Source: Octopus sinensis (taxonomy: Eukaryota). Taken from it: 64,000 nucleotides of DNA. The position numbers and the translations under genes were made by a program. The first letter of the stretch is position 1; every line of letters begins with the position of its first letter. The stretch spans positions 58,590,001 to 58,654,000 of the forward strand of contig NC_043009.1 of NCBI RefSeq assembly GCF_006345805.1, in the 5' to 3' direction. The notes under the pieces are model-generated. The model was not told the origin of the DNA and did no database searches. It was given only the letters and a program-made list of their open reading frames with translations. Shown in pieces: positions 54,708 through 64,000 of this stretch.

Positions 54708-57700
54708 GAAGAGAGACAGACATATGTGTATATACATTTATATGTATACATACACAAACTCAACATACATGGACGCATACAGACAGTCACCGACACAGAC
54801 ACACATTCACAAACACATGTGTATGTACGAGTTTACGCACTTATATATATATGTATATATATGACCGCGAGCGTGTGTATTTTCACCGGCACTTATACAC
54901 ATATATATTCATAATGCATTCATATTCATATATTTCAAAGTAATTGAGAAACTACAAACATATAATTTAAGCATAAAGACACGATAACAGAACCAAAGGT
55001 TTTACCCTTGTAAATTATTTATTTCAAAATTTTCATCTTATAAATCCTATTCATAATTAGAATTGTGTAGAATATTGTCCCATGGTGTACAGTTACATCC
55101 TCGGCAGAGAAGGGATATGTTCGAATATGTAAAGTAATATTAAACATTTGCATCGCCAACCTTTAGCTCAACTATTTAATGGTGGCTTTGCGGCGCTGTT
55201 GAGAATTGTTATTATCTGGTGGACTCCATGTTTCCCCATGCCTGACGACCACTGCTTATTTCTCCCGGATTAGAGGCAGAAACGTGGAAAGAGGAGAAAG
55301 AGAAGAATTGACCCAGTACAAGAAAAAGAGAAAGCGTAAAGATAAAGTCAACCTTGGTGAGATTTGAACCTAGGGGATAGAGAGCTAGAATGATTATCCT
55401 AAAGCAATATATCAGATTTTTATCGGATACATTCCTTTGTGTCGTATTGTGGGTAAGCATGCTTAACGCGAATTGTAGCTTTGATAACTCTATTCCAGCG
55501 TTCCTCTTTGGGTCTTTAATGCTACTTTAATGATGTATTCATGACATTTCTCGATTTTATTGAAACGAAAACAGGTTTGGATATATGTTCACAAGGAGAT
55601 AGCTAATGCATTACAATGGTGGTACATCAAATAATCTCACAAGTTTATTTCTGCTAGTACAGGTGGTTAGGGTTTATAAAATGTAACAAACAATCTGGAG
55701 CTTGCCGGGAGAGATTTCTTCAGAGAGGGCCCAGGATGAACCAGTTTAATATCTATTGTTTCCCTACAGATAGCGACGTCCTTTGTAGTAGTCACCTTAT
55801 TTGCCACATGCAGTAGCTTCAATCAACCACTATTTATATTGGAAGTGTTCGCAACCTTTTTTCATTTGAAATATTCCTTTCAAAATTCGGCGGCACATCT
55901 GAATTAAAAAATATAACTAAAAGTATAGGGAAAATATTACATTTAAGTTACGCCGAGGAACACCTAGCATCGTCGGGTGGCGCACCGGGGTGCTTCAGAA
56001 TAACCGTTGCACAAAAATGGACTATTGCACAAATATGTTAACAATGTAAACATTATAGGTTAGCATTACTACGCAGTAGTTTGCAGACATTTTAGACAAG
56101 CTTTTTGAAGCCTTGATGTTGGCGAATCTGTTCACTACTTAGTCACAGCTGAGATTTATATGGCCAACTTCATTTGGTACGTAGTCGACATCAGACCCGT
56201 CTACAAGTATATGAACTGAAAATGCACTAATATATCCCTGAAAATAAGTTTCCAGTGAAAATTATTGGTAATTGACGCCTCTGATTTTCAGATAAAAATC
56301 CAGCTGAGGGCAAATTCCATTGCTGTAGGGAAGTTCTGATGTTATGGAACTTATAATATGTGCAGTCTCTGTCCTCAAGATATGAAGTGTGTATGGCCAT
56401 GTCATGCACTTATTTACAGACAAATGCGTAATAATAGCAGTCTATTTGGAGATGTAACCACCGAAACAAGATATATATTGGACACAACAACGGATAGCAG
56501 TTGGTGGTGGATATCTGGGTAGGTACTTTTAGATATTCACCATGTACTGTCTTTCTCTTAAGCCCTAGTATTTCATTAAACAATGAAGTAGGCAGGTTAA
56601 AGTATGGGAGAACTTGTAAGAATGTGTTGAAACAGATCGCACACAGATATACATGCACGCACACACGCATATACACGTTATAAACACATACACAGATTAC
56701 AAATCTCATGTTAAGTTATTATTAAGAAAGATTATTTTTAATGGATTTTCATTCGTCAACGATTCTAAATTTGATGTAGAAAACGCCCATGATGTTTTTT
56801 AAAAAGATATAACACAATGATATTATAGATCTTAATTCTAACGGACAAGAGTGGGGTGGGTAGCTTGATGTAATCAATTAGGTTAATTATCGCCAATTTA
56901 AAAGATGTAGATACTATTTTCTTTAGATAGTGTACGGTAGTGGCTTATAGGCTTTAAACTTATAATTACTAGTATTTGTCTTTAAAACACAAACGGAAAA
57001 GTTTATAATCTTCGGTAGAGGTAACAGTCCATTTAATTGGTCCCAGTATCGTGTTAATGATTATGTTATTTCTCATCAAAAGAAAGAATTAACGGAGAAA
57101 GGATCCAGATCGTACAGATACGAATATGAACACAAGGAAATATTTTGTTCGACGCACTTTTAACTTTAACACTCCACGACCTACATCACACATTTCGATG
57201 ATATACGGAATATCTTTGAATTAAATGCATAATAAAATTTATTGTTTATGACCGTAAATATTTCAGTCTTAAATTTCAGTCTTAAATACTTCAGTCTTAA
57301 ATTGACGATAGTATGCATACGAAGAAAAGTATATGTAAAATATATGAATTTAAAGTTTTATTGGGGATATTTCAGGAATACATAAATATATGTATATAGG
57401 TATGTCTAAAATTATCTATAAACAATATATATATATACATACACACACATATATATATGTATATGGCGGTGACCCAGCACTGCCACAGCTCGTGAGCTGA
57501 AACTAGATATAAAATATATACATATATATATATATACATGTGTGTGTGTATCTATATGTATCTGTCTATCTATCAACCTATCACCCTCTACATCGATCTA
57601 ATCATATATACATTTATGTATATTGATACACACAGACATATATATATATATATTATGCATATAGGTACTCACGCATACACTTATATACACGTACATGCAT

Positions 57701-58562
57701 GCATAATGGCAAGGCGTATCATCATTAGTAGTAGAATTCTTTGAAGTGCTTCTCTAAGAATCTCGGTTTTCTCATTATTGAAAGACATGAAGTTGGGATG
57801 CAGCGGTTGAGAAATATTTACACATCAAAATACGATTAGTTATAGAAAATGAAATGGTTGTGAATCCTTTGAAAATGTGGCCTTCAATTCTCTATTCTTA
57901 CGTTCAACTACTACAATGGATATCTTGTTATTCATACAAACCACATGATTGTGTCATGAAGTATTATCTTCGTAAAACATACAGAAGCAAGAATGGTGGC
58001 TATTGTTAACGAAGTTTTAATGTTAATGTGTAATTGAATTCCTTTTAAATATATGACCATATTTCAAGCTACATAAAATCCATTATGTGGAAATAAATTA
58101 TTTTAGTCAGCTGGTAGCTAGAAATTCTCGAATAATTTCGGAGAATATCTCGAAGAATACACCAATTCCGATATTTATTGAAAATTATGAAAGTAATGAA
58201 GTCACTTTTCTCGGTGATACGAAGAACACCCCATCTACAGCCATTAATGGAGAGATAGATACATGCATAATTAACAATGCTGCAATTAATTTTATAATTA
58301 TGAATATTACTCCTTTTAAACTACGAATGTATTTAACTTACGATGCGCCTGATATGTGTGTGTGTGTATTGTATGTAAGTATGTATGTATATATAAATGT
58401 ATACCCATGTAATATATATATATATATTAATATATATAATATATATATTATATATATATAATATATATATATATATGTGTGTGTGTATATGTCTGTCTGT
58501 CTCTATCTATTACTATCTATCTATCTATCTATATATATATATATATATATATATTAGATATT

Positions 58563-58647
<85 letters not shown>

Positions 58648-58663
58648 CTATCTGTCTGCTTCG

Positions 58664-59025
58664 ATATGTTGTCTGTGTTTACGTTCTGAGTCAAATTCCG
58701 CCGAGTCGACTTTGCCTTTCATCCTTTCGGGGTAGATAAATTCAGTACCAGTTGCGTACTGGTGTCGATCAAATTGGCTGGCTCTCTCCCCCAAAATTTT
58801 GGGCCTTCTGCCTGGAGTAGAAAAGAATATAACTCAAAATCCGGGCCAAATGCTTAGCGGTATTTCGTCAGTCTTTGCGTTCTGGGTTCAAATTCCACTG
58901 AGGTCGACTTTACTTTCACCCGTTCGGGGTCGATAAATTAAGTACCAGTCGTGTACTGGCGTCGATCTAATCGACTGGCTCCCTCCCCCAAAATTTCTGG
59001 CCTTGTGCTTAGAGTAGAAAAAAAA
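58664..59025 (+). mobile_element. Tandem pair of SINE family A (tail 2) copies
   Basis: 58664-58830 and 58841-59025, each with B box, core and the ccccaaaattt..ggcctt.tgc..gagtagaaaa tail. Confidence 0.88.
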
Positions 59026-60416
59026 GCACTCTGGAGAAGAATCTGACGTATTCGTTCTACACTGTTTCGTTTATACCGGTTATGTAAGCAGCACAATTGT
59101 TGATGCAACACATACTCGTCTTAAATATATTTCTATTAAATGCTTCTGATATCTATAGTCCATACTGAATCTGTTATTTATGGGAATTAGTGAGGTATTT
59201 GCATTGATATTTGAAAGCCTTTTGTTATGTTACATACGGAACAAGTAAAAGTTTTGATACAAGTGCAGCTCATTTTAAATTAAGTTCTTATAGTATCTAC
59301 AGGAAAGTGATTATATACAATGCTTAGGAAAAATATGACAGGAATGGAACAATCATTTAAAGTAAATGGAAGATTACACTATGTAGTATTTCGTTTCGCT
59401 TTTTGCGCTCATGGGTATTAACAGTGTTATCTATGTAAAGTGCACGGTATTTAAAGCCACTGCTTTCTTGTATAATTGGAAATGATACTAAATAGAGCTA
59501 AAAAAATACACCTTTAGAGGCACATATAGACATATATTTACTACACTGACACGTATATACAAAAATGAGTGCTTACATACTTATATAGTTACATACTTAT
59601 ACACATACTTATACACAAACAAGCATATACTCATACGCATACACAAATGCATATATAGGGTGAATAGACGACATATGTAACGTTGACCATATGTAAATTG
59701 TGTTCTGAATATGTAACAGATTGCTTTACATTTATCAAAATCTCGTAGGCACACATACTGCACGGTATCTCTTGATCAACATGTGTAGATGTCAAGAAAG
59801 GATTAATCACAAGACCTCACAGGTCGTATGTAAGATACTTCTTGGTGCGTTTCAGTTTCTGATATGGCACATATACATGACGACACGTGCACCTAGGAAT
59901 AAGAATCTATGAAAATACGATGATACATTAAAAGAAAATACGAGACACAGAGATACATATGCGTGTACATACATAATTGCATATATATCTCTATCTCTAC
60001 ACACACAAACACACACACGGATGTATTATATATGTATATATATACATATATATATGTATATATATATACATATATATATGTATATACAAATATATCCCAG
60101 CATATAATCAGATTTATACTCCTCATTTATATATGATTTAATTATTGATATTTACATACATGCATATATATATATATATGTATATATATATATGCACCTA
60201 TATATATAAGTATACATATATATATATACACACATGTCTATATACCTAAGCCTGTTCATATTTATATATACGTCTATATATATATCTGTACATATATATA
60301 CATATATATATATATACATATATTATATTTATATATATATATGATATTTGCGGGTGATTTAAGTATATAAATCTATGTATATATGTATGTATATATTATA
60401 TATATATATATATATA

Positions 60417-60460
<44 letters not shown>

Positions 60461-61361
60461 AGATATATGTTTATGTATTTAAATATGTATATATTTATAT
60501 ACATATTAATATATGTATATTTATACTTATTATATATTTATATACATACACCTAAATATATATATATATAAATATATATATGTATATATATATAATATGT
60601 TTGTATGTATTTATGTACGTATTACTAACAGATATGTGTATTTGTGTGTTTAATATAATTTCCATAATGACAACTTCGGTGATCCTGTAATTTTAAGCTA
60701 ATGATTATATGTTACAATCAATTGACAACCAATTATTATGTAACTCTTGAATAATACTTGAAATACTTTATTGTTTCTTTGATGCTTATATAATATTGTT
60801 TCTATATTTTACATGTTTATTTAACAATTAAGCCGCAAGACTTGATATTCATTTTTAATAAACATAAGTGGTGTATTTAACCATTTTCTCTAATTCTGTG
60901 ATTTGAAAAATCCGCTTGTTACTATATTTGTATTTTTAAATGCTTGTATTTTTGTATTTGCACAATAATTTTTTGTGAAAGGCAATTTTGTGCATGTGCT
61001 TTTCATGCATTGGTGCATGTCAACAGAGCAGCATATGTATATATACACTCATGCAGCAGCCAGTTTAGAAATATGCATTCATGTGCACATTTGTTTAATT
61101 GTGTGAGAATATGCTGACGTAGGTGAGCGTGCACCTTGTGCAATTTAATTTGTGCGGAAGTCTGTGTGCATAGTATGCGCCTGAGTACGTGTATGCACAT
61201 GCGAACAGATGTATGCGTTATAATATGTGAGCATATATGTACAACTTTATTTATTTACACATAAGTGCGTGCGTGTTTTTGTGTATGTGCGAGTCTGTGT
61301 GCATGTTTAGACATTTATACTAATGAATATACATATATATATATATATATTATATATATAT

Positions 61362-61394
<33 letters not shown>

Positions 61395-61657
61395 CATATA
61401 TACTGTATATATGTATGTATGCATGTGTGTATGTGTATACGTATGTATGCATGTATGTATATGTTATATATAATATATATATATACATATATATATATAT
61501 ATGTATGTATGTATACATATATGTATTTAAACGTAACCTGCACATTCAATCTTTATGCACCCAAGTTCACAATCGCATGCTTCCTGGCAAGTACTCACGC
61601 ACGGTGCTCACACGTACATGGTACATGAGTATATAGATATATATTATATATATATAT

Positions 61658-61699
<42 letters not shown>

Positions 61700-61739
61700 T
61701 ATTATACGTATATATACATATACATAAATAGGTATATGC

Positions 61740-61772
<33 letters not shown>

Positions 61773-62469
61773 TATATATGTAATGGTTCCATAAGTGTAC
61801 GTCTATTCATTGAAAAGTATGTATATATATACAAGCTGCCATTCTTCTGGCTTATTAAAACTTAATTACATTATATGAATGCATATATTTGTGTGTGCGC
61901 GTTTGCATGTGCATAAGTGCGTGCGAGTGTATTTATGTATGTATCTGTGTGTGTATGTGTGTTTACACATTTTTATGCATATGTCTATTTCAGTTCATTC
62001 ATGCACACACGTGCTTGCATGATTACACATACACACACATGGGCCTTTATACCAAAGCATTTCTATGCGTGGACACATAATGTGCATGAACTCCATACAA
62101 AAATGCATAATGCACAAATAGAAAAGTTCAAACGTATCCAAATGGAAGTATGCGAAAGCTTAAATTAGAAAATTGCACAAATATTTGAATACATCAAATA
62201 CATTGATATATGGATATGGAACTGCTTGAGCGCTTAATAAATATATAAATATGAAAAATATATACATGTAAATTGTATAAATATCATGCAATGACTAAAG
62301 AAGTAAAAATAAATATTAAATAATTATTTAAGAATTAGTTGACAATTGGCTAATTCCTGTATCAATTAGCTGAAAATTATAAGTTACAAAAATCAGAAAA
62401 TATGGAGAAGCCGTGTTATAAATACATACATGCATTCAAAATATATATTATATATATATAATATATATA

Positions 62470-62529
<60 letters not shown>

Positions 62530-62532
62530 ATA

Positions 62533-62586
<54 letters not shown>

Positions 62587-62840
62587 CGTACTTACATACT
62601 AAAACCCAATACAATTTTTGGCATACTCACATACATGCGTATTTAAACACAAACACACGCACATGTATACATGCATACAGTAATGTTATAAATGCATACA
62701 TTATCTCACAGAGAGAAACAAATGTATGTATATACATCGAGACCGAAATGCAGCGAGGTGACAAATGGCGAACATTTACACCTTTGCCTAAAAGTGAATA
62801 TCTCTTCACGGTAAAATGATATAAAATGGTATTTAGAAAA

Positions 62841-63071
62841 GGCGGTGAGCTGGCAGAAACGCTAGCACGCTGGACGAAATGCGTAGCCGTATTTCGTCTG
62901 ACGTTACGTTCTGAGTTCAAATTCCGCCGAGGTCGACTTTGCCTTTCATCCTTTCGGGGTCGATAAATTAAGTACCAGTTACGCACTGTGGTCGATGTAA
63001 TCGACTTAATACCTACGTCTGTCCTTGTTTGTCCCATCTGTGTTTAGCCCCTTGTGGGTAATAAAGAAATA
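62841..63071 (+). mobile_element. SINE family A (tail 1), full length with 12-bp TSD
   Basis: ggtatttagaaa at 62828-62839 and 63072-63083. The central domain resembles the Nin/Deu-type SINE core (inference). Confidence 0.92.
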
Positions 63072-63314
63072 GGTATTTAGAAATAAACATATGCCACTAA
63101 GAGATGTTTATCAGTATAAAATTTGTTTTAGTTTTAACACCATCTTAGTTTTTAATACCGTATTCTTCAGACAACACATAACTGATTTATTATACAGCTA
63201 CGACTTTCTAATCAGCTCAGGGTTATCTGTCGTTTGTATCCTCTACTAAAGATGGCAAAACAAGCCAGGAATGCCAACAGAAGGTGCCATTGAGCTGGAA
63301 ATGGTATTTCTTTT

Positions 63315-63685
63315 ATCCTTTTACTTGTTTCAGTTGTTTGACAGCGGACATGCTGAAGCACTGCCTTTAGTCGAACAAATTGTACCCAGGACCTATTCTT
63401 TGTAAGCCTAGTACTTATACTATCGGTCTCTTTTGCCGAACCATTAGATTAAGGGTATTTAAGCACAAAACATCGGTTGTCAAGCGATGGTGGAGGAGAA
63501 AGCACCGATACACACACACACAAAATGGGCTTATTTCAGTGTCAGTCTACCAAAACGACATGATTTTGGTGGTTGCGAGGCTATAGTAGAAGGCACTTGC
63601 CCAAGGTGCCATGAAGTGCGAGTGAACCCGGAATCATATGGTTGAGAAGCAAGCGTCTTACCACACAGCCAATCTTGCACCTATA
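63315..63685 (-). mobile_element. SINE family C, near full length
   Basis: Matches 37403-37772. Confidence 0.82.
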
Positions 63686-64000
63686 TCTTACGACTTCATT
63701 CATACGTGGGAACTTTTTCCCTACAGTATACTGACTGCCCGTAGAAGACAAAATATGTTCACAAACATATTTGAAATAAAGCATAGAAATATGTGTGTAT
63801 ATAGTGCATAACACCATTTCAATGGGCATTACATCTTCCGTCTATCATCTGTGCCACCTTCAATTACAATATTGCTGTTCTTATACCAAAATCTCAACCT
63901 TTAAGGCGGGCAGCTGGCAGAACCTTCATCACGTTACACACAATGTTTAACGGACTTATATCCCGATTCCTTACATCTTTAAGTTCAAAATCTGCCAATG

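Noticed and set aside
55843-56020. Possible hAT-MITE remnant
   Set aside because: Only vague terminal similarity; no TIR pair or 8-bp TSD.
58087-58461. 124-aa ORF with about 90 non-repetitive codons
   Set aside because: No recognisable domain or good splice context.
59750-59835. Exon-like segment encoding HTYCTVSLDQHV (C2-domain-like)
   Set aside because: An in-frame stop follows immediately and there are no neighbouring exons.
63100-63185. CTGAAGA on the minus strand as a hammerhead candidate
   Set aside because: No valid stem II followed by GAAA.

Overview
AT-rich eukaryotic non-coding DNA, almost certainly octopus (inferred from the very high microsatellite density and SINE families I recall from Octopus; not database-checked). 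I could not support any host protein-coding exon, rRNA, true tRNA or CRISPR array; nearly all listed ORFs are microsatellite translations. The window is a mosaic of tRNA-derived SINEs (at least four families), a cluster of R4/Dong-type LINE 3' ends inside (TAA)n, an RTE LINE tail, Penelope-like (PLE) remnants, non-autonomous Helitrons, MITEs and a recent tandem duplication. The main unexplained signal is a set of minimal type I hammerhead ribozyme motifs in several unrelated small repeats: one canonical at 26162-26204, others at 38347-38390, 47485-47519, 48076-48118 and 51777-51812. Stem I sequence differs between them while pairing is retained. One sits in the tail of a tRNA-headed SINE.
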